Shown here: positions 28,848 through 39,335 of the stretch, piece after piece
Numbering within the stretch: the stretch's first letter is position 1
Layout: each line of letters begins with the position of its first letter
NCBI GenBank assembly: GCA_036517475.1
Contig: DATDVZ010000003.1
Location: forward strand, 56-64,055
Source: Minisyncoccota bacterium
Lineage (GTDB): Bacteria; Patescibacteriota; Minisyncoccia; Phycocordibacterales; Zambryskibacteraceae
Reading direction: 5' to 3'
DNA: 64,000 nt
Notes under the pieces: generated by a model
The model's input: only the letters and a program-made list of their open reading frames with translations
Databases searched by the model: none
Told to the model about the DNA's origin: nothing
Program-made: the position numbers and the translations under genes

Positions 28848-31800
28848 TCAGTATAATGATGGTTTTTTACCTTTAGGATCAACTGGGGTAGAGCCGATTG
28901 TCTGGCAAGGGGTGGAGGGACTATTCCAAAGAGATTGTAGATATTCCGCTGAAGGATCTGTCCCCGCACCGCCACCGCTGGAACCAAAAACTACCGCATC
29001 AATTCCTCTGCCACCTGAACCCCAACATATTTTTACATCGGCAGTTGGATTACTTACCTTAAATTCGTTTGCTTGCTGTTGTGCGAATGTATCATTGAAA
29101 TGACTCTCTCGGCGCCCAAAATTAAAAGAAAGTGTGCTGGTTTCCCCTACGTTACGCACTTGTGGCCCTGGGGCTGTAAACACAAATCCAAAAGGTTCGC
29201 CATTATTCAATGTTGGAGATGCTACTCGTACAAAAGTTCCTCCTGTCGTCGCTCCGGGCACCCTTGTTCCCCAGAAATAAACAGCGTGTAAAGATATACC
29301 ACCTGGTGATGTTGCTACACTAGTTACTGGCACTATATCGGTGCAAACACCGTCCAAACACTTCAGGTCAAAGAAACCGAAGTAGCGAGGTCTCAGGGAT
29401 ATACTAAGATTTACTTTTTCCTTTCCTTTCAAAGAAACTGAGTTTGTCATCGCTGAGGAAATTAAAGACGGCCAATTTACCCCAGAAGCCAAAAGCGAAG
29501 CTGGTGGTGTTTCAGAAACTACCCCCGAAGCTGAGATGTATCTAACTATTACTCCTCCGTCTGATAAGCTTCCCACACTAGCTGTTGTATCTGTTACTGA
29601 AGAAACTTGGGACGAGGAAAGGAATTCGCCTGCGCTCCAGCCATCGGCGCCATTAGCATAATTAACTCTCCACCAAGTGTAACCATCATTTGCGTATGCC
29701 GGGCCTTCCACAATAGTGCCAGTAGAGCCTGCAGATTGAATGCCCAAGAGGTTTCCGGAAATTGATGCACTTCCCCTGACATTCAAGTTGGCGGTGGTTT
29801 GGACGCTGTCGCCAAGGTTAAATAAAGAAGTGGCTGCTCCCTCCACAAAGCCCCCTTGCAATACTTCCACTGAATCAGAACCGATAACTGCGCCACTTGC
29901 GTTCTTGCATTCAATTGTAAAGGTAACCGGAGGAACAAAATACCCCCATCCTTGCACAAGGTCGAGAGTGGGTACAACATTAAATGCACCATAAGTTCCA
30001 GACGATTGATTCATGGTAGTGGCATATGGAGCATTGGGGTTAGTGAATGAGCATTTGCCTCCTACTGGCAAATTAGTGGCAGTCCAAGGAAGATACACAG
30101 ACATCATGCCTGTTTGAGTGCTTGAAAGATAAAGAGGGCCATCAGTAACTAGACCCGGAGATCCTGCATTATATTCTTTCAAGTCAATACTGAATGGCCC
30201 AGAGCTAATTGGAACAACATTGAGAGTAACGGTTTTAGTTGAGTTCGCGCTGCTCGGCTGGGCACTAAAGGTAAAGGTGTGGGCACCGACAGCGCCTCTC
30301 CCTGGTAGTGCAATTACGCCGGACTCTATTCTCCACCCGACAGCAGGCCAAGGAATGGGTTCCCAAGTTAATGCTCCGTCAATACCGAGGCCAGGTGTAG
30401 TGATTTGAGCAGAAGTGCATCCTGATGTAGCCCAATTGAGAGTTGGAAGAAGAGATTGATAAGGGGTTGCATTTGCGGTTCCAGAGAAGTTGGGACCAAA
30501 ACCAAATTGCACCGTGCACGGAACATTGGTCTGGCCAGTAACAAAGACGGTGGCCGTCTTGCTGTCCGTGCTTCCATCAGCACCGGTTGCCGAGAGCGTA
30601 TAAGAAGTGGTGATAGTAAGAGGATAAGTAATAACGTAGCCATTACTAATTGTGCCAACGAAACCTGTAAGATTTCCCGGGGAATTTAAACTTTGATTGA
30701 CAAAGATACCCCCGTTTAGAGTGGCCGATGTGCAATTAGAAGTGGTCCAGCCCAAAGTAGTGCCAACGTTAAATGAAACCGTTGCATAACCAGGAGCAAA
30801 AGCGGTTATTCTGCAAGTTGTTGTAACATTTACAACTACAACTGAGGTAAAGGTTCTAGTTATGCCACTTGCACCTGGGGCTGACAAATTCACACCGACG
30901 GCTACAGTACCTGCCGCAGCTGGCGTTCCTGCAAAATGAATATTTCTCTGGCCCCCGACATTGGTTAGCGTTACGGAAAGCCAGGATGGGGTGCCGGAGG
31001 TTGTCAAAGAAACAGTTCCCGTGCCGGTGTAGGTGTAGGGAACATCGGCGGAGAACGCTTGCCCGACAGTGGTTGTGCCAAGATTAGTGATTGAATTTGA
31101 AAATGAAAGTGTGCCGGAGTTGCAGGCGCCTGCGGCCGTTGCGCTTGTCGATAGAGAATTTGCCGATTCGCCGCCGGCAGAGTTGACTGCTTTTACGGTA
31201 TAGGAGCGGGTAGCGCTAAGAGCCACAGTATCAGAATACGAAGGAACTGATAAGTTTTGCGCAATTGGTGTTGCATTCCCATCACGGAAAACTTTATAAG
31301 TAATACCTGTTCCAGACACAGCGCCCCAGGAGAGATTAATTATTCCCGTGCCGCAGGCTCCGGCTGTGGCGGTCAAGTTTGCTGGCGAAGGGGGCACAGT
31401 TGTGGTTACTGGGTTTATGGTCACGCCAGGTGAAGTTCCTGAAGGTGCAGTACTCCCCGATCCAGCGTAACAAGTCACCGTGTAAGTAGTTGAAACGGTT
31501 GGGGATACTAGTGCTGTGCCTTGTACTCCGGTATAAGGCATCCAGGTAGCTGAACATCTCGTTGCGCTAGATGAGGATGTCCAATCTAAATACCACTGTC
31601 CCACTAGTGGACCCGGTCTACTGGTAAGACTCACGGTTGGGGCAACAGGGCTACCAGCAGGATTAACGACAATTGCAAATCTTCTGGTTACGCTTGTTGC
31701 GTCACTTGCGGAAAGCGTGACATCCAGATAAAAGTTGCCGGCAGTTGTTGGAGTTCCAGTAACTTGAATCATTTTTTGCGAAGCGGTATTTGTAACGGTG

Positions 31801-33467
31801 AGAGCGGCCCATGACTCTGAACCAGAAGATTTGGTTGCGGTAACATTCATACTGCCGTTATAAAGAAAACTAATATTAGTGTTATAACTTTGACCAACAG
31901 TGCCAGCAGGTAATACCAGTTGAAAACCGGTAAAAGAAAGCGTGACGTTAGGCCAGGGAGTGAGGTTTGGAATTTTTATCATACCAGTTTCCGCGCTCCA
32001 CCCACTTGACATTGTGTCATTAGCAACTCGCCAATCCGTCATCCACCAGGTATTCCCACCAGTGGTTACTGGTGTACCAGAAGCAATAGTGCCTTCTGTA
32101 CCTAAATTTAGAGTATAAATAGATATCCCGTTTGGAGTACTGCGAACATTCCACCCATCAACAATAGTTTTCACAAAGTCTCCTAGAGAAAACTTTGCGG
32201 CTGGAGTTGAATTATCAACATTTATCAAAGCGCTTGCGCTTTCAGATTGTCCGGCTGAGTTATAACAAACAGCGCTGTAAGTTGTTGTTTGTGTTGGACG
32301 AACCGTTGTGGGCCCATTGGTTGTTCCTGGTGTTACCCCACTTCCCTGACAATATGAGGCATTTGTACTCGATAAAGTAAGTACCACTGCCCCACCGCTT
32401 GGAACTGAAGTCTTATCGGGAGTAAGACTAACAATAAGAGATTGAGGGTTTGGACTGTTTGGATCAGATATCCCGACACTAACAGTTGCTCGACCCGCAT
32501 ATGTACTACCTACACTTATGTGGCCCAGTCTGGTGACATCAATACAAAACATAGAATAATTTGTTGTTACGCGTGGACTGACCAATCTGGATCCGGCTGG
32601 CATATTAGTTGTATTGCCACTCCAGTTAGAATCAGCGGGACTTGCTGTAAGAGTGCAGTCTGGCGTATCACCATCAAAATTAAAATGTAGAGTGGAAGTC
32701 TGTCCAGCTGATATGTTTGGCTTATCTGGCCAGAGTACTCCGGAAGAGTTACAGCTGATTTCTGAGATTTTATCTAATCTGGTGCGGTCTAGACTGCCTC
32801 CAACAATTGAACCCATTCCCAAATCTTGCAGGAATTTATCAACTGCCATTCTGGTAAGCGGCCCAAACCTCGCAGATCCTGAATTCGCTGACTGCGCAAG
32901 ATCACCAGGATCAATATCCATATAGTTGCGCTGTGTCAGGAAGAGCTGAAGATTCGCCACATCCCGAGCTGTTCTTGGGTCTTGGGTACCGCCACTAGGA
33001 ACAGGGCCGAGGTAAACATAAGCCTGAGGCGAGAAAGTTATACAACTTGCGATAGGGTTAGGATTTGGGTTTGGGTTTGGGTTTGGGTTTGGGTTTGGGT
33101 TAGGATTTGTGCCAGATCCGCAAGAGAGCTCTGTAATTTTTGTCAGCACCCTTTGGTCTGCAAAGCCATATGTTGCCGAACCGCCATAATTTTGAATACC
33201 GTTTGCTTGCATGAAAGAAGCAACTGCTGATTTTGTCTGGTTACCAAAGTATCCAGTTGCACCGGCAGGAATTGAGAATCCTTGTGCTATTAAAAACTGT
33301 TGGAGTTTCTGGACATTAATCCCGCTGTCTCCTGGTCGTAAAGCTGGTATTGAAAAAGTTATACAGCTTCCTCCTGTAGTTTGCGCTTCAACAACAGTTG
33401 GAGAAAAAGAAACAATAAGTCCAATAACAAAAAGCCCGGTTATTAATTTACCGTTAATTGATTTCAT
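28848..33467 (-). CDS. Large secreted surface protein (about 1539 aa)
   Basis: Signal peptide from ATG 33467; two PG-binding-like domains (LQQFL...GYFGNQT), (NP)n linker, FN3/Ig-like repeats, two SH3b-like domains (NVR...WW...GWSA). Confidence 0.8.
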   Translation of the reverse strand: MKSINGKLITGLFVIGLIVSFSPTVVEAQTTGGSCITFSIPALRPGDSGINVQKLQQFLIAQGFSIPAGATGYFGNQTKSAVASFMQANGIQNYGGSATYGFADQRVLTKITELSCGSGTNPNPNPNPNPNPNPNPNPIASCITFSPQAYVYLGPVPSGGTQDPRTARDVANLQLFLTQRNYMDIDPGDLAQSANSGSARFGPLTRMAVDKFLQDLGMGSIVGGSLDRTRLDKISEISCNSSGVLWPDKPNISAGQTSTLHFNFDGDTPDCTLTASPADSNWSGNTTNMPAGSRLVSPRVTTNYSMFCIDVTRLGHISVGSTYAGRATVSVGISDPNSPNPQSLIVSLTPDKTSVPSGGAVVLTLSSTNASYCQGSGVTPGTTNGPTTVRPTQTTTYSAVCYNSAGQSESASALINVDNSTPAAKFSLGDFVKTIVDGWNVRSTPNGISIYTLNLGTEGTIASGTPVTTGGNTWWMTDWRVANDTMSSGWSAETGMIKIPNLTPWPNVTLSFTGFQLVLPAGTVGQSYNTNISFLYNGSMNVTATKSSGSESWAALTVTNTASQKMIQVTGTPTTAGNFYLDVTLSASDATSVTRRFAIVVNPAGSPVAPTVSLTSRPGPLVGQWYLDWTSSSSATRCSATWMPYTGVQGTALVSPTVSTTYTVTCYAGSGSTAPSGTSPGVTINPVTTTVPPSPANLTATAGACGTGIINLSWGAVSGTGITYKVFRDGNATPIAQNLSVPSYSDTVALSATRSYTVKAVNSAGGESANSLSTSATAAGACNSGTLSFSNSITNLGTTTVGQAFSADVPYTYTGTGTVSLTTSGTPSWLSVTLTNVGGQRNIHFAGTPAAAGTVAVGVNLSAPGASGITRTFTSVVVVNVTTTCRITAFAPGYATVSFNVGTTLGWTTSNCTSATLNGGIFVNQSLNSPGNLTGFVGTISNGYVITYPLTITTSYTLSATGADGSTDSKTATVFVTGQTNVPCTVQFGFGPNFSGTANATPYQSLLPTLNWATSGCTSAQITTPGLGIDGALTWEPIPWPAVGWRIESGVIALPGRGAVGAHTFTFSAQPSSANSTKTVTLNVVPISSGPFSIDLKEYNAGSPGLVTDGPLYLSSTQTGMMSVYLPWTATNLPVGGKCSFTNPNAPYATTMNQSSGTYGAFNVVPTLDLVQGWGYFVPPVTFTIECKNASGAVIGSDSVEVLQGGFVEGAATSLFNLGDSVQTTANLNVRGSASISGNLLGIQSAGSTGTIVEGPAYANDGYTWWRVNYANGADGWSAGEFLSSSQVSSVTDTTASVGSLSDGGVIVRYISASGVVSETPPASLLASGVNWPSLISSAMTNSVSLKGKEKVNLSISLRPRYFGFFDLKCLDGVCTDIVPVTSVATSPGGISLHAVYFWGTRVPGATTGGTFVRVASPTLNNGEPFGFVFTAPGPQVRNVGETSTLSFNFGRRESHFNDTFAQQQANEFKVSNPTADVKICWGSGGRGIDAVVFGSSGGGAGTDPSAEYLQSLWNSPSTPCQTIGSTPVDPKGKKPSLY
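33054..33108. repeat. Coding hexamer repeat (AACCCA)n, Asn-Pro linker
   Basis: GGGTTT tandem array on plus. Confidence 0.85.
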
Positions 33468-33567
33468 ATGAAAAGAGATAAGGTTTATAATAGTCAATGC
33501 GAACCCGCAACTACTTAAAGAATACCACGGTGGAGAGGTTCTGTGAAAGACCCTGTGGAAAACTTTT

Positions 33568-33640
33568 TGCACGCACTAGGACTCGAACCTAGGACCGGGC
33601 GTGTATAAGACGCCTGCTCTACCAACTGAGCTATGCGTGC
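33568..33640 (-). tRNA. tRNA-Ile(TAT)
   Basis: Acceptor GCACGCA/TGCGTGC, anticodon stem GGCGT/ACGCC, loop CT-TAT-AC, T loop TTCGAGT, A73. Confidence 0.92.
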
Positions 33641-33777
33641 GACTCAAGTATTATACTTTTTTCAAGGTTTTTTCAAATAAAATAAGGCTGTTTCTGATAA
33701 ACATGTTATTCAGACCAGCTGAATATTATAATTTTTTAAGCAACTTGAATTTATTATAATAATTGTATAATTAATTT

Positions 33778-34044
33778 ATGAATGAAAACGAACCGCTTAT
33801 TGGCCCAAACGCCTATGGCCGTGAAAGAAATCTAACACCCGAGCAAGTTCGGCTTGTTGATGGCTCTCCTCTTTATCACGCGCTTATGGAAGTTGCAGAA
33901 TCTGGTGTCGCCGATCAAGAAGAGGTACAGAGAGCAAAAAACGAACTACGTGAAATAATTACAACTGATCCTGAAATTGCTCTTTCTTGTCAAGGAAAAA
34001 CTGCAGGGGAGGCACGTGAAATTCTCCGTTCAATTGCAGTTTAA
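33778..34044 (+). CDS. Hypothetical protein
   Basis: 88-aa ORF; TATAAT 6 nt before ATG. Confidence 0.6.
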   Translation: MNENEPLIGPNAYGRERNLTPEQVRLVDGSPLYHALMEVAESGVADQEEVQRAKNELREIITTDPEIALSCQGKTAGEAREILRSIAV

Positions 34045-34067
34045 AATTATTAATTAAAAAAGCCCGC

Positions 34068-34673
34068 TCAAATTAAAGCGGGCCCTTCGATAACACCATC
34101 AAGAAATCCTAACGAAAGTGCTTCCTCGGCATTCATCACCTTCTCTCTTTTGAGAAACTCTTCAAGAAAAACTATATCCTTAAGTTTAGAAACCTTGGCA
34201 AGAATTGTAACAACCTCTTCCCTTTCTCTTTCCACCTCCGCTTTGATATTTGGGAAACGTCCTCGATGAATATCAAGATATTCATCGAGAGTCATTTCAT
34301 GGTGAACGAGTGGGGGCGCTGTATCAAATCTCTCCGGATCATGTATCTGGAGTATTGATTTTGAAGTTGCAAGCCTTACATGACATCCCTGCAGAGCCAT
34401 AAAACCTGCTGATTTTGCCTCTCCCTTAACTATTCCCACAATTCTAACTGGGCTCTTGCTGAAAAGATAGAAAAGTTCAAGACCTGCAGCAGTATGGCCA
34501 CCTTTTGAGTTTACAATAAATCCTATGTCCCCGTCGCCGTCTGATTCCTGAAGTCGCTTTAGCCGTCGGCGATATTTTTCCAGATTATTTAGAATTAGAC
34601 GTCCCTCAACTACAATAGTGCGACTCGGAGGAATCCGATTCGCTACCTCAAGCCAAGTGGCTTGTTCGCTCAT
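34068..34673 (-). CDS. Divergent ClpP-family protease
   Basis: VNSKGG, AKSAG (Ser), LQIHDP (His), MNAEEALSLGFLDGVI; SD GGAGG. Confidence 0.8.
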   Translation of the reverse strand: MSEQATWLEVANRIPPSRTIVVEGRLILNNLEKYRRRLKRLQESDGDGDIGFIVNSKGGHTAAGLELFYLFSKSPVRIVGIVKGEAKSAGFMALQGCHVRLATSKSILQIHDPERFDTAPPLVHHEMTLDEYLDIHRGRFPNIKAEVEREREEVVTILAKVSKLKDIVFLEEFLKREKVMNAEEALSLGFLDGVIEGPALI

Positions 34674-34702
34674 CGGACCTCCGTGGTTGTTGATTTAAGA
34701 GC

Positions 34703-34754
34703 TTGACTTTTTCACTTCTGTGATTATAATAACATCGTGTGATTATTAAGTCAA
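34703..34754. promoter_or_regulatory. Interlocked divergent sigma70-like promoters
   Basis: TTGACT on both strands at the two ends, flanking a central ATTATAATAA. Confidence 0.65.
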
Positions 34755-34772
34755 TACTTTAAAAATCAAAAC

Positions 34773-34925
34773 ATGCCAGAAGAAATGGAAAAACCTTTAG
34801 ATGATGATGTTAAACCGCGAGGAGAATATGAGTATGTTGATAAAAAAGGCGGAGTGCATCACTTTGGTACGCTGGACGAAAGAACTCAGTTTATTGAGGA
34901 TGAAATAAATCCCGATAATCAGTAA
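34773..34925 (+). CDS. Small acidic hypothetical protein (50 aa)
   Basis: MPEEMEKPLDDDVKPRGEYEYVDKKGGVHHFGTLDERTQFIEDEINPDNQ*; has promoter and downstream hairpin; below the ORF cutoff. Confidence 0.5.
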   Translation: MPEEMEKPLDDDVKPRGEYEYVDKKGGVHHFGTLDERTQFIEDEINPDNQ

Positions 34926-34946
34926 AGTTTTCAGTAAAAGTTTCCA

Positions 34947-34985
34947 AAAAATTAAATCACGATAGTATCGTGATTTAATTTTTTT
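34947..34985. terminator. Bidirectional terminator
   Basis: AAAAATTAAATCACGATA-G-TATCGTGATTTAATTTTT. Confidence 0.7.
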
Positions 34986-35059
34986 ACTTGATTCATTTAT
35001 TATTCTTTGTCGGCTATTTTTCTTTTACCTGAATTTCATGTTTCATGATCTGTGTTCTA

Positions 35060-36991
35060 TCACTTCTGGTGCTCGATGTCTTTTTTCTTCTTAGGAGTTA
35101 TACCGTTTGCAATTAAGATTTTTTCAAAATCATCCCGCTCAATTGTTTCTACTTCAATAAGCCGCACGGCGATATTTTTTAAGGCTTTTTTATGGTCACG
35201 CAGAACTTTCTCAGTGCGAAGAAGTGCATCTTTCATGATTTTAGAAACTTCCTCATCAATTAGAGCTCCCACTTTTTCTGAATAATCTCTTTCATCAAAC
35301 CCCCTTCCAAATATCGGTTTGCCTGCGGGTGTTTCAAGGGCGATAGGACCAATTTTCTCTGACATGCCGTATTTGGTAACCATGTCGCGAGCCAGTGCGG
35401 TCGAGACTTGCAAATCATTTGAAGCACCTGTTGTTAGGTCATTAAAAATCATTTTTTCTGCAACATATCCCCCCAGCGCCATAGCAATATCATCGTGAAA
35501 TTCTTTTTTTGACTGCAGCTTTCTGTCTTCCAACGGAAGATTGAGTGTATAACCCGCAGCTCTACCACGAGAAATTATTGAAATTTTATGCACCGGATCG
35601 GCATACTCTAAAACTGAGGCAACCAGAGCATGGCCTGCCTCATGATAAGCAGTAATTTCTTTTTCTTTTTGTGAAAGCAAATGGCTTTTGCGCTCCGGCC
35701 CTAACATAACCTTTTCAATGGAGCGAATCAGGTCAAATTGAGAAATTTTTGTCCGGTTTTCCCGCGCTGCCAATATTGCCCCTTCATTCATTAGTGAATA
35801 AAGATCGGCGCCGGAAAAACCGGGGGTTCTTTCAGCAACAACTTTTAAATTAACATCTTCTGCAAAAGGTTTAGTGCGGGAATGAATAATTAAAATTTCC
35901 TCTCTTTCATTACGATCAGGCAGATCAATAACAACACGTCTATCAAAACGCCCGGGACGTAGTATTGCTGGGTCCAAAACATCCGGGCGATTGGTAGCCG
36001 CCATAATTACTAGACGTTCATTTTGTTCAAAACCATCCATTTCAACAAGAATCTGATTAAGCGTTTGTTCGCGCTCGTCATTTCCTCCTCCTGCCCCGAT
36101 TCCTCTCACTCGCCCCACAGCATCAATCTCATCAATGAAAATAATTGCTGGTGCCGCCTTTTTTGCCAGCTGGAAGAGATCGCGGACACGAGAGGCACCA
36201 ACACCAACAAACATTTCAACAAACTCCGATCCTGAAATTGAAAAGAATGCCACATTGGCCTCCCCTGCCACAGCGCGAGCAAGTAAAGTTTTTCCGGATC
36301 CAGGCGGCCCCATAAGTAAAACTCCTTTAGGAATTTGGGCTCCGATATCAAGGAATTTTTTAGGATTTTTTAGAAAATCTACAATTTCTGAGAGTTCCTG
36401 CTTGGCCTCTTTTACGCCTGCAACATCAGCAAAAGTAACTCTCTGCTTCTTGTCATCAGGAGATGTTATGCGGGCTTTGGACTGGCCGAATGTAAATGCC
36501 TGCATGCCAGCGCCTTTGACCTGTCGAGATAAATACCAAATAAAGAAGAGAATGAAGAGAATTGGAATTATTATTGGTGCGAGATTGAGAATCCAGTAAC
36601 CAAAACCGCTTTGTCTCTTTACTTCAATTGAGACACTTGAGAGCCTCTCTGCGGTAACTCCGTAGCGTGAAAGCGTTTCCGTCAGGGCCGTACCTTCTTC
36701 TTTTTTTGATTTCTTTTCCTGACCTTCAACATAACTTGCTGTTAGAGTATCTCCTTCCACCACAACTTTGGTCACCTTACCTTCGTTTATGTCATTTGCA
36801 AGAGTGGTAAGGGGGATTTCTTCAGTTTTTTTTCTGCCTTCTGTGATTGCAGAGTAGACCGTTGAGAGTATAAGAAAAATAATAATTACTGAAATTAGGT
36901 TTTTCCAGAGATTATTTCCGCCGGCCGAGAGCTTCGGTCCTTTCTTTATAATCACCTTAAATTGCCTTTTTTTATCAGGTTTTTCCGCCAT
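35060..36991 (-). CDS. ftsH: ATP-dependent zinc metalloprotease
   Basis: 2 [27 protein letters not shown]. Confidence 0.97.
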   Translation of the reverse strand: MAEKPDKKRQFKVIIKKGPKLSAGGNNLWKNLISVIIIFLILSTVYSAITEGRKKTEEIPLTTLANDINEGKVTKVVVEGDTLTASYVEGQEKKSKKEEGTALTETLSRYGVTAERLSSVSIEVKRQSGFGYWILNLAPIIIPILFILFFIWYLSRQVKGAGMQAFTFGQSKARITSPDDKKQRVTFADVAGVKEAKQELSEIVDFLKNPKKFLDIGAQIPKGVLLMGPPGSGKTLLARAVAGEANVAFFSISGSEFVEMFVGVGASRVRDLFQLAKKAAPAIIFIDEIDAVGRVRGIGAGGGNDEREQTLNQILVEMDGFEQNERLVIMAATNRPDVLDPAILRPGRFDRRVVIDLPDRNEREEILIIHSRTKPFAEDVNLKVVAERTPGFSGADLYSLMNEGAILAARENRTKISQFDLIRSIEKVMLGPERKSHLLSQKEKEITAYHEAGHALVASVLEYADPVHKISIISRGRAAGYTLNLPLEDRKLQSKKEFHDDIAMALGGYVAEKMIFNDLTTGASNDLQVSTALARDMVTKYGMSEKIGPIALETPAGKPIFGRGFDERDYSEKVGALIDEEVSKIMKDALLRTEKVLRDHKKALKNIAVRLIEVETIERDDFEKILIANGITPKKKKDIEHQK

Positions 36992-37161
36992 AAGTGCAAA
37001 GTAGTATACCCTGTGAGATAAGAACTTACAATTTTTACAATATTTCTGTTAAAACAGCAAAATGTATTTACAAAGCAAGTTCAATTAATTTTATCTCATG
37101 GGGTATAGAGGAATTTGTAAAATAATCAAAATATTAAAAATTTTTGATAAAAAAATCGCCC

Positions 37162-37476
37162 TTAGCTTTCGGGACGATTGTGTTCACGTAACTCATCAAT
37201 TGTATAAACACCGTTTCTCCAAAGAACTCCTTGGATGAAACAAAGCCATCTTACTGCTTTTTCAATATCATCTCGTCTTACAAATTATCTCATTTGATCA
37301 AGCATCCCCCAACAATGGCCAAGGCTTTCTTGATCAGCCATCAAGGGCAAACAAACATTAAAAAAGCGACTGTGAGGAAAATCTATTTTAGGAATGCCGT
37401 CTTTATAGTTACGAGCCAATTCCTGAAACTTTTTTTCGTAAAGATCAACTACCTGAAGCACTCTTTCAGGAATCAC
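37162..37476 (-). pseudogene. Hypothetical protein with one in-frame TAA
   Basis: The frame continues past TAA 37285-37287: FVRRDDIEKAVRWLCFIQGVLWRNGVYTIDELREHNRPES*. Confidence 0.65.
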
Positions 37477-37775
37477 TTACCACCTCTCAATATGAGACGC
37501 TGAGCAGGAGTAAGATTGTCTAGCAACTTTCTCCGCTCCTCTTCTGTTGGCCCCTTGCTAAGTGAAACGAAGTTGGGATCTAGCATCAAATTACCGTCTG
37601 AAAACTCCATTACTTCAACTTCTTGTGGTTCCAGATTTCGCCCATCCAGTGCGCTTGCAAAGATCGCCTCCTCAGCTGTGACAAAGTATTTGTCTTGAAC
37701 CGAATCCCCGCCCCGCCCTTGAATCTCGACAGCAAAGAGAATCTTCGTCCCAACAAATGTTGCTCCTGGCTTCAT
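37473..37775 (-). CDS. Hypothetical protein
   Basis: ATG 37775 with AGGAG; stop overlaps the next start. Confidence 0.6.
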   Translation of the reverse strand: MKPGATFVGTKILFAVEIQGRGGDSVQDKYFVTAEEAIFASALDGRNLEPQEVEVMEFSDGNLMLDPNFVSLSKGPTEEERRKLLDNLTPAQRLILRGGK

Positions 37776-37821
37776 AGAGGGATCTCCTAAAAAGGGTTCT
37801 GTGGCTACATTACTCTTTGAT

Positions 37822-37888
37822 AAACAAAAAGCAAGGCATGATAAAATTTTCAGGTGAGGCATATATCTCCAAAAAAGAAAAGATAATT
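37822..37888 (+). repeat. Direct duplicate of the upstream region plus first codons of the 38533 gene
   Basis: Nearly matches 38501-38566, about 6 differences. Confidence 0.85.
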
Positions 37889-37948
37889 TTAAAAAACAAA
37901 AAACCACCCCAACTGAATGTTAAGGCGGTTTTTTGTTTTAAGAAAGTA

Positions 37949-38149
37949 TTAAGCTTTCTGCACGTTCACGGCGTTTGGTCCTTTTTCAGATTCTGCTATT
38001 TCAAAAGAAACAGCATCGCCTTCGTTGAGAGAATCGAATTCTACTCCAACAAGTTCCTTGCTATGAAAGAAAAGGTCCTTTCCGCCTTCAGCCGTCTGGA
38101 TGAAACCGAAACCCTTGTCCTTCAAAAGTTTTTTGATTGTACCTGTCAT
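37949..38149 (-). CDS. cspA: Cold-shock protein
   Basis: KGFGFI, DLFFH, KGPNAVNV. Confidence 0.92.
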   Translation of the reverse strand: MTGTIKKLLKDKGFGFIQTAEGGKDLFFHSKELVGVEFDSLNEGDAVSFEIAESEKGPNAVNVQKA

Positions 38150-38532
38150 TAATTTAATTTTTATCGTTAAAATACAAAAATAGCGTCTCTAGTCGACTAA
38201 TCTCTATAGTAGCTTCTTTGCACATTAAATATAGCAGAAAAAAAGTTTTAAGTCAAGCACTAAGAAAACATTAAAATAAGGCCATAATCGCTATCAAAAT
38301 TCCCAGAATAACAATAGTGATCTATTTTTGCATTTGCATTTCATTAGATGCGAGGGGATGTAATTTAACGAAGCGGAGGAAATCATCACGCCATCTTTCA
38401 CGGCACTCTGCTCTAAGCATAACCACAATCTCTTCATCACTTGGTTTCAAATGAGATATCTCTTATCCTTTTCAAGTTCTAAAAATACATTACATGTTTA
38501 AAAACAAAAACAAGACATGTTAAAATTTTCAG

Positions 38533-39315
38533 GTGAGACATATCTCTCCAAAAAAGAAAAGACAATTCCTGTTATTAATTTTATATCAGTTGATAGTGGG
38601 ATACATTTCTCTAAAATTAAACTTCAATGCTCCCTATTACCTTTTAGTATCTTGGGGTCTGCCGTCTTTGTTTTTTCTATACAAAATACATATAAACAGG
38701 CATCAGTATATTTTGGAAGCCCTGCTTTGGAGCATCCCCGGAAGCGTGCTTATAGACTGGATAGGCCATTACAGCAAAGCTTGGAGTTATTGGGACAATC
38801 CCCTTTTCGCCTCAACTGGGATCAGTATCTTAGGAATCCCTTTTGAATCGTTTCTTTGGGGATCGCTATTTTGGATATTTTATGTACTAGTTTATGAATA
38901 TTTCTTCGATGAGAACCGGGCTTCAAATTTTAATAGCAAAGAAAAATTTTTAGCTCTTGGATTTATGATTATTGGGCTAGTTACTGTAATTGTTATCAGG
39001 TTGCTTCAGCCAGATATTCCTTTTTTCTATATTTATATATTATTGCTTCTTATGTTTTTAACTGCAATATGTTTAGCCCAGTACCGAGAGCTTGTGCCGC
39101 GCGTTTTAAAATTCGGCTTTGTTGTACTAATTCTCGGATTACAGGTTGAATACTTTTCACTAAAACTGAGTTTGTGGTTTTTCCCAGACGGAGATTTTTT
39201 GCAAAGAATAATTTTTTTTGGACACTCAGTTCCTATTGAAGAATTGCTAGCGTGGCTAATAGCCCCAGCGGCAATCGCAGCAATTCACGAAGTTTTTGCC
39301 GACAATCACCAGTAA
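38533..39315 (+). CDS. Polytopic membrane protein with two lycopene-cyclase-like (CrtYc/d-type) repeats
   Basis: W.Y...ILGIPFESFLW and WFF...VPIEELL repeats. Confidence 0.6.
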   Translation: MRHISPKKKRQFLLLILYQLIVGYISLKLNFNAPYYLLVSWGLPSLFFLYKIHINRHQYILEALLWSIPGSVLIDWIGHYSKAWSYWDNPLFASTGISILGIPFESFLWGSLFWIFYVLVYEYFFDENRASNFNSKEKFLALGFMIIGLVTVIVIRLLQPDIPFFYIYILLLLMFLTAICLAQYRELVPRVLKFGFVVLILGLQVEYFSLKLSLWFFPDGDFLQRIIFFGHSVPIEELLAWLIAPAAIAAIHEVFADNHQ

Positions 39316-39335
39316 AAATCAAAGGTTCTATTTTG

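Noticed and set aside
33468-33572. N-terminal extension of the large surface protein
   Set aside because: It overlaps the tRNA-Ile end; the signal peptide begins at ATG 33467.
38323-38451. About 42-codon minus-strand ORF upstream of cspA
   Set aside because: Short, TTG start and no recognisable motif; mentioned only as a possible remnant.
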